Source: an uncultured Muribaculaceae bacterium (lineage in GTDB: Bacteria > Bacillota_I > Bacilli_A > RF39 > UBA660). From it: a stretch of DNA of 64,000 nt. The stretch lies in NCBI GenBank assembly GCA_964545885.1, contig CAZJHG010000001.1, positions 31,607 to 95,606 of the forward strand, given 5' to 3'. Under the pieces are notes generated by a model. The model was not told the DNA's origin. It ran no database searches and was given only the letters and a program-made list of their open reading frames with translations. Positions 27,430 through 36,929 of this stretch are shown here, one piece after another (within the stretch, counting starts at the first letter, position 1; each line of letters begins with the position of its first letter). The translations under genes were made by a program, and so were the position numbers.

Positions 27430-28659
27430 ATGAACAATAATCAAGAGATAGGTAAACCAATAAAATATCAAATAGGTAATAATAGAAATGCTATTCCAGT
27501 ATTTGAGCAAAAACAACCAACTATAGTAGAACCACCAGTTCCAACATATCCAACATATCCAACATATCCAGAAGAAACTTTAGAAGAACCAATAGTAAAT
27601 GAACCTACTAATTATAATGAACAACCATTATATAAAGAATCTTCAATAGAACAAGTGTCTAATGACTCTTTTCAAGTACCAGAAGAACCAAGTATACCTG
27701 AAACTTTACCAACACAAGAATCTCCAGGTATATACAATGGCTTTGTAAGTATTTTAGATAGATATGGTCAAGAATTAACAAGTCGTGAATATGTAACAGA
27801 TCCATCAATAGGTAGAGATGAAGAAATAAAACAAGTAATAATGACTTTACTTACTCCAGAAAAAAGTGCTTTATTAGTTGGTAAAGCTGGTGTAGGTAAA
27901 ACTTCTATTGTCGAAGGTGTTTCATATCGTATTCAAAAGCATATGGTACCAAGAGCCTTAGAGGGATATAAAATATATAAATTAAATGTAACATCTTTAT
28001 TAGGAAAAACTGAATCTAATGGTCAAATAGAAAGTAGAGTAGACTTACTAGTAAAAGAATTAGCAGCTCGTCCTAAAACTATTCTTTTCTTAGATGAAAC
28101 TCATGTCTTAGTAAACAAAGATGGTGGTGAAGGTGGAATCGACTTTGCCAACATGTTTAAAGCTGGATTAGACCGTGGAGAAATAAAAATGATAGGTGCT
28201 ACTACTGACGAAGAATATGAACAATATATTTTAAGAGATCGTGCCTTCTTAAGACGTTTCCAAAAGATAGATGTAGCAGAAGCTGATCAAGCTACTTGTG
28301 TAAAAATATTAATGGGTACATATCCTAAGATAGAAAAGAAAACAGGAGTTCACTTTGAATATACAGATTATGTTATTGAAAGAATAATGACATTTATTGT
28401 GGATATGACAGATGAATATAAAAGAGTATATGAAATATCTTCAAGATATCCAGATATCTGTTTAACAATCGTATCAAATGCTTTCACATATGCGTTATTT
28501 GATAATGATAATGTATGTCGTATCAAACACGTTTACAAAGCAGTTTGTAATGCTAGAAATATTTATGAAGATGCTAAAAAGAAAGCGATAGAAAAGTTTA
28601 AAATAGATTTCTCAGACTTAATTCGCGAAGAGAATGTTAACTTAAATGAAACAGAATAG
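27430..28659 (+). CDS. Clp/Hsp100-like AAA+ ATPase with the D1 module only and a Pro-rich N-terminus
   Basis: [14 protein letters not shown], Walker [10 protein letters not shown], Walker B ILFLDETH, and GATT..EY...[11 protein letters not shown]. No Clp-N domain and no D2 module. Confidence 0.75.
   Translation: MNNNQEIGKPIKYQIGNNRNAIPVFEQKQPTIVEPPVPTYPTYPTYPEETLEEPIVNEPTNYNEQPLYKESSIEQVSNDSFQVPEEPSIPETLPTQESPGIYNGFVSILDRYGQELTSREYVTDPSIGRDEEIKQVIMTLLTPEKSALLVGKAGVGKTSIVEGVSYRIQKHMVPRALEGYKIYKLNVTSLLGKTESNGQIESRVDLLVKELAARPKTILFLDETHVLVNKDGGEGGIDFANMFKAGLDRGEIKMIGATTDEEYEQYILRDRAFLRRFQKIDVAEADQATCVKILMGTYPKIEKKTGVHFEYTDYVIERIMTFIVDMTDEYKRVYEISSRYPDICLTIVSNAFTYALFDNDNVCRIKHVYKAVCNARNIYEDAKKKAIEKFKIDFSDLIREENVNLNETE
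27541..27567 (+). repeat. 3 x 9-bp in-frame tandem repeat (CCAACATAT, encoding PTY)
   Basis: Read directly from the sequence. Confidence 0.9.
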
Positions 28660-28686
28660 AAGTACGTGTAAATACTTCTATTTTTT
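28657..28686 (+). terminator. intrinsic terminator
   Basis: TAGAAGTA / TACTTCTA stem followed by T6. Confidence 0.8.
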
Positions 28687-28743
28687 AATAATTAAAAAAT
28701 ATTACACATGATATAATAAAATTATGATAGGAATGGTGAATTA

Positions 28744-29817
28744 ATGGAAAAAATTAAAGTATTTCAAATTGGTTGTGGAAAGATGAGTGTATACACAATG
28801 CGTTATGTATATGAACATGGAGCTACAATAGTGGGAGCAGTAGATATTAATCCTAATTTAATTGGAAAAGATATCGGTGAAGCAATGGGAACAGAACAAA
28901 AAAATGTTCTAATTGATTCTGTTGACAACTTAGAAGCCTACTTAAAAGCTTCAAAACCAGATATTGCTATAGTAACAACAATGAGTTTATTAGAAGATGT
29001 CAAAGATGTATTAAGAACATGTGCATCTTTAGGAATAAACGCTATAACTACTTGTGAAGAAGCATTCTTCGCTTCAAACTCTAATCCGACTGTATGGAAA
29101 GAATTAGATGTATTAGCTAGAGCTAATAAGTGTACAATCACAGGTTGTGGATATCAAGATATATTTTGGGGTAATTTAATTTCTGTTATAGCAGGAACAA
29201 CTCATAAAGTAGCTAAAATTAAAGGCTCTTCATCTTACAATGTTGAAGATTATGGTATAGCATTAGCAAAAGCTCATGGTGCAGGTTTAACATTAGAAGA
29301 ATTTGATAAGGAAGTAGCAGCTGCAGATAGAATGAGTGTTGAAGAAAGACAAGCAATAATAAATTCAGGAAACTTTGCTCCATCTTATATGTGGAATACG
29401 GTAGGATGGTTAGCAGACAAATTAAAATTACATATTACTAGTATGAAACAAGAATGTGTACCACAAACTAACAATGAAGATTTAGATTCTTCTACTTTAT
29501 GTATGAGTATTAAAGCTGGAGATGCTACTGGAATGAGTGCTGTAGTAACAGCCGAAACCGAAGAAGGAATTATCCTAGAAGCAGAATGTATTGGCAAGGT
29601 ATATGCTCCAGATGAATTTGATAAAAATGAATGGACAATCATTGGTGAACCAGAAACAACAGTTACAGTACAAAGACCAGCTACAGTAGAACTTACATGT
29701 GCAGATATAGTAAATAGAATACCTGATGTAATTAATGCTGAACCAGGCTTTATACCAACTAGTAAAATGCCAGAGCCAACATATAGGGTAAAACCATTAC
29801 ATGAATATTTAAAATAA
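28744..29817 (+). CDS. Rossmann-fold DapB-N-like oxidoreductase (amine/2,4-diaminopentanoate dehydrogenase-like)
   Basis: N-terminal IKVFQIGCGKMS dinucleotide-binding motif, about 357 aa. The family assignment is by resemblance only. Confidence 0.45.
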   Translation: MEKIKVFQIGCGKMSVYTMRYVYEHGATIVGAVDINPNLIGKDIGEAMGTEQKNVLIDSVDNLEAYLKASKPDIAIVTTMSLLEDVKDVLRTCASLGINAITTCEEAFFASNSNPTVWKELDVLARANKCTITGCGYQDIFWGNLISVIAGTTHKVAKIKGSSSYNVEDYGIALAKAHGAGLTLEEFDKEVAAADRMSVEERQAIINSGNFAPSYMWNTVGWLADKLKLHITSMKQECVPQTNNEDLDSSTLCMSIKAGDATGMSAVVTAETEEGIILEAECIGKVYAPDEFDKNEWTIIGEPETTVTVQRPATVELTCADIVNRIPDVINAEPGFIPTSKMPEPTYRVKPLHEYLK

Positions 29818-29870
29818 AATATCTAAAGAAATATTATTCAACTATTAATAATTTATTAATTAATAATAAA

Positions 29871-29907
29871 AATGCAATAAAAGTATAAAAATTATTGCAT
29901 TTTTTTA
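29871..29907 (+). terminator. intrinsic terminator
   Basis: AATGCAATAA / TTATTGCATT 10-bp stem followed by T7. Confidence 0.8.
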
Positions 29908-29976
29908 TTTCTCTATTTATAATGAAAATGACTTTTTTGCAAGAAAACTTACATTTGTATAATTACATGATGGGTA

Positions 29977-30000
29977 CTAGATAGAAATATCTGGTTTTTT
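29977..30000 (+). promoter_or_regulatory. terminator-like hairpin in the leader of the ABC operon (possible attenuator)
   Basis: CTAGATA-GAAA-TATCTGG (7 bp including one G-T pair, GAAA tetraloop) followed by T6. It lies between a TTGCAA...TATAAT promoter and ATG 30036. Confidence 0.4.
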
Positions 30001-30035
30001 GCGTTGTAAAAAGGTTAGGAAAGGAGTGTAAAAAA

Positions 30036-31013
30036 ATGTCTTTCATCAATGTTTCGCACATAAGTAAAACATTTAAAGTAGCCAAAAAACAATCAGGATT
30101 TAAAGCTACTTTAAAAAACTTTATTAAAAGAGAATATAAATATATAGATGCAATTAAAGATATCTCTTTTAATATCGAAGAAGGTAGTATAGTTGGTTAT
30201 ATAGGACAAAATGGTGCGGGAAAATCAACTACTATCAAAATTTTATCAGGAATTCTAATTCCAGATTCTGGTGAAGTAACAATCGATGGACTTACGCCTT
30301 GGAAAGATCGTAAAAAATACGTATCTGAAATAGGAGTAGTCTTTGGTCAGCGTTCTCAACTATGGTGGGATATCCCAGCAGATGATACTTTTAATTTATT
30401 AAAAGATATCTATAAGATAGAGAATACTAAGTTTGAGGAAAAAAAGAATTACCTTGTAAAATTATTAAACATTGAAGATATCATTCACGTTCCAGTAAGA
30501 CAATTAAGTCTTGGACAAAGAATGCGCTGTGAAATAGCTGCATCACTATTACATGAACCAAAGATATTGTTTCTTGATGAACCGACTATTGGCTTAGATG
30601 CCTTATCTAAACAAATAGTAAGAAACTTTATCAAAAAGATTAACAAAGAACAAAAAGTGACAGTTATACTAACCACTCACGATATGAATGACATCGAAGC
30701 CCTTGCCAAAAGAATTATAATGATTGGTAACGGCGAAGTCATCTATGATGGTACATTAAAAAATCTAAAACAAAAATACGACCATCATAAGTACATATCA
30801 GTAACAACAGGAACTAAATTAACAAAATTAAGAAAAAAAGGAATTATCACTCAAGAGAAAACAAACGATGGTTATAAATTCACCATCGACTCTAAAATCA
30901 TCGAAATATCTGACTTCTTAAATTATCTATCTACAAAAGTAGATATCAAAGACCTTGAAATAGATAATGAATCATTAGATAACATAATTATTAATCTATA
31001 CCAAACAATCTAA
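30036..31013 (+). CDS. ABC transporter ATP-binding protein
   Basis: Walker A GQNGAGKST, signature LSLGQRMR, Walker B ILFLDEP. Confidence 0.9.
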   Translation: MSFINVSHISKTFKVAKKQSGFKATLKNFIKREYKYIDAIKDISFNIEEGSIVGYIGQNGAGKSTTIKILSGILIPDSGEVTIDGLTPWKDRKKYVSEIGVVFGQRSQLWWDIPADDTFNLLKDIYKIENTKFEEKKNYLVKLLNIEDIIHVPVRQLSLGQRMRCEIAASLLHEPKILFLDEPTIGLDALSKQIVRNFIKKINKEQKVTVILTTHDMNDIEALAKRIIMIGNGEVIYDGTLKNLKQKYDHHKYISVTTGTKLTKLRKKGIITQEKTNDGYKFTIDSKIIEISDFLNYLSTKVDIKDLEIDNESLDNIIINLYQTI

Positions 31014-31816
31014 TGAAACAATATTTATCGTTTTTTAAATTAAAATTCGCAGTAGGATTACAATATAAAGCAGCAGCTTTAGCAGGTTTAGCAACTCAAA
31101 TGTTCTTTGGCTTAATATATATAATGGTATATATGGCTTTCTATAGTAGTGGAGATGCTAATGTTGACATCTCACTAGCTGAATTAATTCCATATCAATG
31201 GTTAAGCCAAGCTTTCTTATCTTTAATTTGGATTTGGCACAAAGACAATGAAATCTTAAGTATGATAAAAAATGGTAATGTTGCTTATGAATTATGTCGC
31301 CCTCAAAATTTATATTGGATGTGGTACATAAGAATTTTAGCTTCTAAATTATCAGCAGTCATACTAAGATGTATCCCATTACTAATAATTGCTTTCTTAT
31401 TGCCATATCCATACAAATTAACTTTACCAGCAAGTTTCAGCGCTTTGATATTCTTCATAGTTTCCCTTATTATTGCAACATTTCTAGTAACAGCATTAGT
31501 TACTTTGATGTATTTATTAATCTTTTATAGTGTTGATAGTAAAGGAGTAATGGGAATGTATTGTGGTATTGCTGAAATCTTATCTGGTCAAGTTATAGCT
31601 ATTCCATTATTTCCAAACTTTCTAAAAATAATAGCAACATTATTACCATTTGCATACATAAGTGATTTTTCATTCAGAATATATTCAGGTAACATAACAG
31701 GAACATCAATCTACCAAGGCTTATTTATTCAAATAACTTGGTTAATTATAATAGTAATTTTAGGTATAATATCTTCTAATAAAATCTTAAAAAGAGTATC
31801 AGTACAAGGTGGATAA
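31013..31816 (+). CDS. ABC-2 type transporter permease
   Basis: Six hydrophobic segments. TAATG overlap with the ATPase gene. Confidence 0.7.
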   Translation: MKQYLSFFKLKFAVGLQYKAAALAGLATQMFFGLIYIMVYMAFYSSGDANVDISLAELIPYQWLSQAFLSLIWIWHKDNEILSMIKNGNVAYELCRPQNLYWMWYIRILASKLSAVILRCIPLLIIAFLLPYPYKLTLPASFSALIFFIVSLIIATFLVTALVTLMYLLIFYSVDSKGVMGMYCGIAEILSGQVIAIPLFPNFLKIIATLLPFAYISDFSFRIYSGNITGTSIYQGLFIQITWLIIIVILGIISSNKILKRVSVQGG

Positions 31817-31821
31817 TCAAT

Positions 31822-32598
31822 ATGAAAATATATTTTGACTATCTTAAACTACACCTAAAATCTATTTTAGAATATAAACTATCTTTTATATTATCTTTAT
31901 GTTCCCAAATATTTGTCTTTTTCACTTATTATTTCTTAATAATTGCTTTATTTCAGAAATTTTCTAATCTCCAAGGATATAACCTATACGAAATTCTTTT
32001 AACATTTAGTATTATTCACTTCGGCTTTTCTATGAATGAAACTTTTGCTAGAGGAATAGATCAATTTGATTCTTTGATAATTGATGGTTCTTTCGATAGA
32101 CTTCTTTTAAGACCAAGAAACATTCTTCTCCAAGTAGTAGGATATCAAATTGATTATACTAAATTAGCTAGAGTAATCCAAAGCATCATTATTATGATAA
32201 TATCTCTAATTAAATTAGAAATAGAATGGTCGATTTTAAAAGTAATAACTCTTATGTTAATGTTACTAAGTAGTATAGCAATATTCTTTGGTATATTCTT
32301 ACTAGCTGCATCATATTGTTTCCTAACAGTTCAAGGTTTAGAAGTTAGAAATGTCTTTACAGATGGAGGTAAAAACGTAGCTCAATATCCAATAGGGATA
32401 TTTAATAAGTACTTTGTTAAAATATTTACATACATTATTCCATATGCTTTAGTAAATTACTATCCATTAATGTATTTCGTAGGTAAAGTAGATAAAGTAT
32501 ATTACGTTTTTCTACCTTCAATAGTATTATTATATTTAATTCCATGTTTCTTAGTATTTAATAAAGGTTCTAAAAATTATTTAAGTACAGGTTCATAA
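31822..32598 (+). CDS. ABC-2 type transporter permease
   Basis: Polytopic protein, the second permease of the same operon. Confidence 0.7.
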   Translation: MKIYFDYLKLHLKSILEYKLSFILSLCSQIFVFFTYYFLIIALFQKFSNLQGYNLYEILLTFSIIHFGFSMNETFARGIDQFDSLIIDGSFDRLLLRPRNILLQVVGYQIDYTKLARVIQSIIIMIISLIKLEIEWSILKVITLMLMLLSSIAIFFGIFLLAASYCFLTVQGLEVRNVFTDGGKNVAQYPIGIFNKYFVKIFTYIIPYALVNYYPLMYFVGKVDKVYYVFLPSIVLLYLIPCFLVFNKGSKNYLSTGS

Positions 32599-32630
32599 TA
32601 AAGAGCTCACAGCAATGTGAACTCTTTTAT
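32599..32630. terminator. bidirectional terminator
   Basis: AAGAGCTCACA-GCAA-TGTGAACTCTT (one mismatch, GCAA tetraloop), lying between convergent genes. Confidence 0.65.
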
Positions 32631-32631
32631 T

Positions 32632-33822
32632 CTATAAAAATCTTTCCCAATACTGAGTACCAGTCCCATTTACACTAGTATAGTATTTATCTATTTGTTC
32701 AGATATTAATTTCATTTTATTATATAAAGGAGTACCAGGAGTATAACAACTTCTTTTCGAGCTTCTTGTCATAATATCTTCAAATAGAGTAGCTCTATCT
32801 TCACGCCAGTTAGTTTGAGAGTAATTGCTTAAAAAATAAGAATTATTATCTTGAGTAGTTAAAAAATTTAAAGAAGTATCAAAACTACCATATTTATAAT
32901 TATCTGGATTTAATTCGTTCCAAATACTTTCTAAATTTTCTGGGTATATTTTTATTTTTAAATAAGCATCTATATAATGCATTATTTCATGATTCAAAGT
33001 TTTTTCAAAGAGTAAATCACTTTTTAGACTGATAATTACATTATCGGCAGACTGACTATCAGTTAAGCCAGCAATTCCACTATTAGGTATATCTTTAACT
33101 ACATATATTGTAAGTGGCATTCCAAAGTCTTTCATTTCTTTAAAGAATCCTTTTGGATATTTTTTCATTTCGGTTTCAATTCTTTTTAAGTATTCATTTA
33201 TTTCTTTATCATCAGTTAGTTTAGTAGGAGCATAATAACCAATTAAATAATCGCCCATCTCATTTCCATAAGCAATCTTAATTGAATATGTATCTTGGAT
33301 AGTATTTCTATAACTATTATTTACTTCCGCTTGAGTTACTGGAGTATCTTGCTTGGAATCTTCATTACCTTGATTATTATCATTATTATTATTATTATTA
33401 TTATTATTTTTATTACTTGTACTATTATTTTTATTATTACTATCTTCCTTAGAGTTATTTGTAGTACTAGATTGATTCTTACTAGGTTGTGAATTATTAG
33501 AAGAATTATTCTTATTATTAGAATCTTCTTTTTTATTATCATCTGTTACATCAGCATTACTTGAATTATCAGCATTCTCATTTTTATCAGTATCATCATC
33601 TATCATTATTGTATCCACTATAATAGTATTATCATCTATTTGTTTTTTACTATCTATATCGGTAATATCTCTATTATCATTATCAGTATTTTTAATTTCA
33701 TCTATAATTTCTTTCTTATAATAGAATTGTTTAGTTAGTAAAACACCATTAATAATACTACCTAGTAATAATAGAACTATCACTGTTAATTGAACAATCT
33801 TCTTATTCTTTTCATTATTCAT
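32632..33822 (-). CDS. membrane-anchored extracellular HExxH metallopeptidase-like protein with an Asn/Ser/Asp-rich linker
   Basis: Start at ATG 33822 (MNNEKNKK...), one N-terminal TM segment, a low-complexity region, and a C-terminal domain with HEIMH and a downstream EDRATLFED motif. Confidence 0.6.
   Translation of the reverse strand: MNNEKNKKIVQLTVIVLLLLGSIINGVLLTKQFYYKKEIIDEIKNTDNDNRDITDIDSKKQIDDNTIIVDTIMIDDDTDKNENADNSSNADVTDDNKKEDSNNKNNSSNNSQPSKNQSSTTNNSKEDSNNKNNSTSNKNNNNNNNNNDNNQGNEDSKQDTPVTQAEVNNSYRNTIQDTYSIKIAYGNEMGDYLIGYYAPTKLTDDKEINEYLKRIETEMKKYPKGFFKEMKDFGMPLTIYVVKDIPNSGIAGLTDSQSADNVIISLKSDLLFEKTLNHEIMHYIDAYLKIKIYPENLESIWNELNPDNYKYGSFDTSLNFLTTQDNNSYFLSNYSQTNWREDRATLFEDIMTRSSKRSCYTPGTPLYNKMKLISEQIDKYYTSVNGTGTQYWERFL
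33382..33408. repeat. (ATT)9 microsatellite encoding Asn9 on the minus strand
   Basis: Nine perfect ATT units read directly from the sequence. Confidence 0.95.
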
Positions 33823-33916
33823 AAAACTCACTACCTTATAATAGTATTTTATCAAAATATAGTATAATCGCACAATATCTTAATAGTAATAAAATAAACC
33901 AAATTAAAAAGGAAAG

Positions 33917-34549
33917 TTATCTTTCCATTTTTTTGTAAAATAATTTTATATAGATAATTAAATATGCCATAGATAAAGCAAATCCTGCTAATACATCGCT
34001 CGCATAATGAACTCCTAAATATATTCTACTTATACCAATTAATAGGGTTAATAAAGCTAACAAACTACAATATAGTATTTTTTTCTTCTTTTTCATCTTT
34101 TTATGAGCAATTATATAAATAAAAAATCCATAAAAAGCTAAGCTAACCATTGAATGCCCTGATGGAAAACTATAACCTTTTTCTACAATTAAATTTATAT
34201 CAATAGGCCTTTGTCTGGTAAATATTAGTTTCATTCCTTGGTTTAATAATGAACACATTAATACGTTTAGTCCTATAAAAAAACCATTCTTTCTGTTCTT
34301 AGAACAAGCCATTATAATAACAGTAGCAAATACAATAAACCAAGTGCTACATAGGAATGTTATGAATTTAAAAAAGTAGGTAAGTGGTTTACACCTAAAT
34401 TTTTCTATAAAGTTAAAAACAGTATTATCAAAAACATATATTTGATCCTGTAAAAGTAGTTCTACCAAAACTAAAAATATAACGATACTTAGAGAAAATA
34501 TAATAGGTTTCCAATATTTTCTTATTTTTTTATTCATCAAATTCACCAA
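33917..34549 (-). CDS. PAP2-family lipid phosphatase (BcrC/undecaprenyl-diphosphatase-like)
   Basis: KLIFTRQRP, SFPSGHS and SRIYLGVHYASDV motifs. Confidence 0.8.
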   Translation of the reverse strand: MVNLMNKKIRKYWKPIIFSLSIVIFLVLVELLLQDQIYVFDNTVFNFIEKFRCKPLTYFFKFITFLCSTWFIVFATVIIMACSKNRKNGFFIGLNVLMCSLLNQGMKLIFTRQRPIDINLIVEKGYSFPSGHSMVSLAFYGFFIYIIAHKKMKKKKKILYCSLLALLTLLIGISRIYLGVHYASDVLAGFALSMAYLIIYIKLFYKKMER

Positions 34550-35087
34550 AATATATTGTTATCATTTCTTTATATCTTTCAAGTAAATGTTGATTTGCAT
34601 TTTTCTTTTTGGCTATATTATATGTTTCTCTATATAAATATCTATTTTCATCTTTAGTTCCACCACTATTTTTCCAAATTTTATCCCCAATCTTTAAATA
34701 ATTTTCATAGTGTGATATTAAGTTATGTAGTTTATCTGCTAACATAATATTAATAACATTAACATCATAGTTATTTCTCATTCTTTTTACATAATCTTTT
34801 TTTCTATCAAACCATTTGGAAATACTTTTATCTTCGGATAGGTCGGATACCATATCGGCCACCAATGTACCAAATCTTTCTTCTATTTCTTCATATCCGT
34901 ATTCAGTATCATCAATAATATCGTGTAATAAAGCTGAAATCAAAACATCTTCAGTATCAACAAATTCTCTTAGCATTGAATAAATTACCATAGGATGAAA
35001 ACATTTATCTATATTTTCATTACGTCTTTTTTGTCCTTTATTGGCTTTTACCATAAAATGAATAGCTTCTTCAACTTTAGTATACAT
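34530..35087 (-). CDS. HD-domain (p)ppGpp hydrolase-like protein (small alarmone hydrolase type)
   Basis: HP....M, ALLHDIIDDT and EEIEERFG..VA..V..L resemble the RelA/SpoT hydrolase domain. Start at ATG 35087, 6 nt after AGGTGA. Confidence 0.65.
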   Translation of the reverse strand: MYTKVEEAIHFMVKANKGQKRRNENIDKCFHPMVIYSMLREFVDTEDVLISALLHDIIDDTEYGYEEIEERFGTLVADMVSDLSEDKSISKWFDRKKDYVKRMRNNYDVNVINIMLADKLHNLISHYENYLKIGDKIWKNSGGTKDENRYLYRETYNIAKKKNANQHLLERYKEMITIYFGEFDE

Positions 35088-35151
35088 AATTATCACCTAA
35101 ATTCTATTTTTCTATCCTACCTATATTTTATAGCAATCTTTTTATTTTGAC

Positions 35152-35181
35152 AAATAAAAAGAGATTAGATAGTGTCTAATC
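35152..35181 (-). terminator. intrinsic terminator
   Basis: On the minus strand, a GATTAGA / TCTAATC stem followed by a T-rich run. Confidence 0.6.
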
Positions 35182-35496
35182 CCCGTTTTCCATGACTTTT
35201 TCTAGTAGAACTTTTTCTTTAAAAGCACCTCTTTTATTAGCTTTCTTGATTCTTTTTTCTTCAATTTCTTCATAAGAAACACCTTTGTAATCTAAAATAG
35301 CTCTAATTACTTCTAGAATGTCTACCATTTCTTCAATATTTCCTGCTTCTAAGTATTCGCTAACTTCTTCTTGAAGTTTCTTATCTAGTTCTTTTATGTA
35401 TTCTTCATCACTTAATATTCTTGTAGTAGGTAGTTCATTATTTTTTAAAATAATATCCGGGATTCTATCTCTTACTAATTTATTATATATTCTCAT
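35176..35496 (-). CDS. MazG-like / PRA-PH-like nucleoside triphosphate pyrophosphohydrolase
   Basis: MRIYNKLVRDRIP...EE..E........EE..D..EV pattern, about 106 aa. Confidence 0.6.
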   Translation of the reverse strand: MRIYNKLVRDRIPDIILKNNELPTTRILSDEEYIKELDKKLQEEVSEYLEAGNIEEMVDILEVIRAILDYKGVSYEEIEEKRIKKANKRGAFKEKVLLEKVMENGD

Positions 35497-35499
35497 ATT

Positions 35500-36405
35500 T
35501 TATTCCTCAATTTCTTTCTTTTTGTTGCCTTTAATTAAAGTATTATTATTTTTTATATGATTTCCAATTACCTCAGAAATATCTGTTATGGTAACAAATG
35601 CCGATTCATCGTATTCTTCTACAATTCTTCTTAGTTCTGGAACTTCTACTCTTGTAAGTACACAATATAGCATAGCTTTTTCTCCGCTAATAAGCCCTTT
35701 ACCTTCTAGTAGTGTAACAGTTCTTCCGATTCTTTTATAGATTACTTCAGCCATCCCAAGGCCATCATTTGTAATTATTATAGCAGCTTTAGCTTTTTCA
35801 AATCCCTCATTAATTTCATCAATTACTTTTGATGTTATAAAGTAAGCAAGTAATGAGTAAAGGGCTCTATCTATTCCATAAAAATATCCAGCAACACTAA
35901 ATATTATAATATTACAAAATAGTACAAATTGACCTACAGATAAGTTAGTATTTTTACTTATTACAATTCCTAAAGATTCAGTACCATCTAAACAACCACC
36001 AGATTTTAGTACTAAGCCAACACCAATACCTAGTATTATACTTCCATAAATTGTTGCAAGTAGTATATTATTGATAACATGATTAATATGATGGAATGTT
36101 TCTAAAAACAATGAAAACACAACTATACTAACAATTGCTTTTACTAAAAATCTCCATCCCATATTTTTGTATCCTATATATAAAAAAGGTATATTAATAA
36201 TTACTATACATAAACTAAGTTTCCAATCAAGTACATAATTTAGTATCATACTTATTCCAGTAACTCCACCATCTAAGATTGAATTTGGTACTAAAATACC
36301 TTCTACGGCAAATGCCGCAATAGCTGCACCTAATATTATAAATATAAACTGTAATACTTCTTTTATAATAGGTGATTTTTTTACAACTTTTTTTATTCTT
36401 TCCAT
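35500..36405 (-). CDS. YitT-family membrane protein (with DUF2179 C-terminal domain)
   Basis: Five or six TM segments plus a C-terminal soluble domain (VTLLEGKG...LYCVLTR.E...L..IV). Strong GGGAGG RBS. Confidence 0.7.
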   Translation of the reverse strand: MERIKKVVKKSPIIKEVLQFIFIILGAAIAAFAVEGILVPNSILDGGVTGISMILNYVLDWKLSLCIVIINIPFLYIGYKNMGWRFLVKAIVSIVVFSLFLETFHHINHVINNILLATIYGSIILGIGVGLVLKSGGCLDGTESLGIVISKNTNLSVGQFVLFCNIIIFSVAGYFYGIDRALYSLLAYFITSKVIDEINEGFEKAKAAIIITNDGLGMAEVIYKRIGRTVTLLEGKGLISGEKAMLYCVLTRVEVPELRRIVEEYDESAFVTITDISEVIGNHIKNNNTLIKGNKKKEIEE

Positions 36406-36512
36406 TATAACCTCCCTTATTTATTACACTTAAATTATATCATATTTCTACCATTTTCTAAAGAACGAATACTATATATGTTATATTGAAGACAATAGAA
36501 AGGAGTATTGAT

Positions 36513-36929
36513 ATGGCTAAAAATATTTCTAAAAAAACAAAGGCAAAGGAGGTTAGTCCCAAGAAGAAAAATACAAATGAAGCAAGTATATTTCCGATAC
36601 TAGGAATAATAGTAGCTTTAACAGCAATGGCATTATTTTACTATAATGATATATCTCAAGTATTTAAGGCTTATATAACAGATCAAAATGAAGTAAAATT
36701 AATAATGGAATCTATAGGAACAGTATCAGCTAGTTTCGTTATAATAAATATAGTTGTTTTATTTATTGAATGGTGGTTATATAAATATAATCATAAAAAA
36801 TTATTATATATAGTAACTATTATTTCATTTTTATTAATTTGTAATGTACTATCAGCATATTTAAAAGTATTTTTTACACCATTTGTAGTTGGAGTATACT
36901 ATAGCATAAAGATAACAAAAAAATCCTAA
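36513..36929 (+). CDS. small membrane protein
   Basis: Start at ATG 36513 after AAAGGAG. Three or four TM segments. Confidence 0.5.
   Translation: MAKNISKKTKAKEVSPKKKNTNEASIFPILGIIVALTAMALFYYNDISQVFKAYITDQNEVKLIMESIGTVSASFVIINIVVLFIEWWLYKYNHKKLLYIVTIISFLLICNVLSAYLKVFFTPFVVGVYYSIKITKKS

Noticed and set aside
33295-33542. Two short ORFs (plus and minus strand) over the ATT microsatellite
   Set aside because: These are poly-Ile/low-complexity translations of the repeat, lying inside a better-supported gene.
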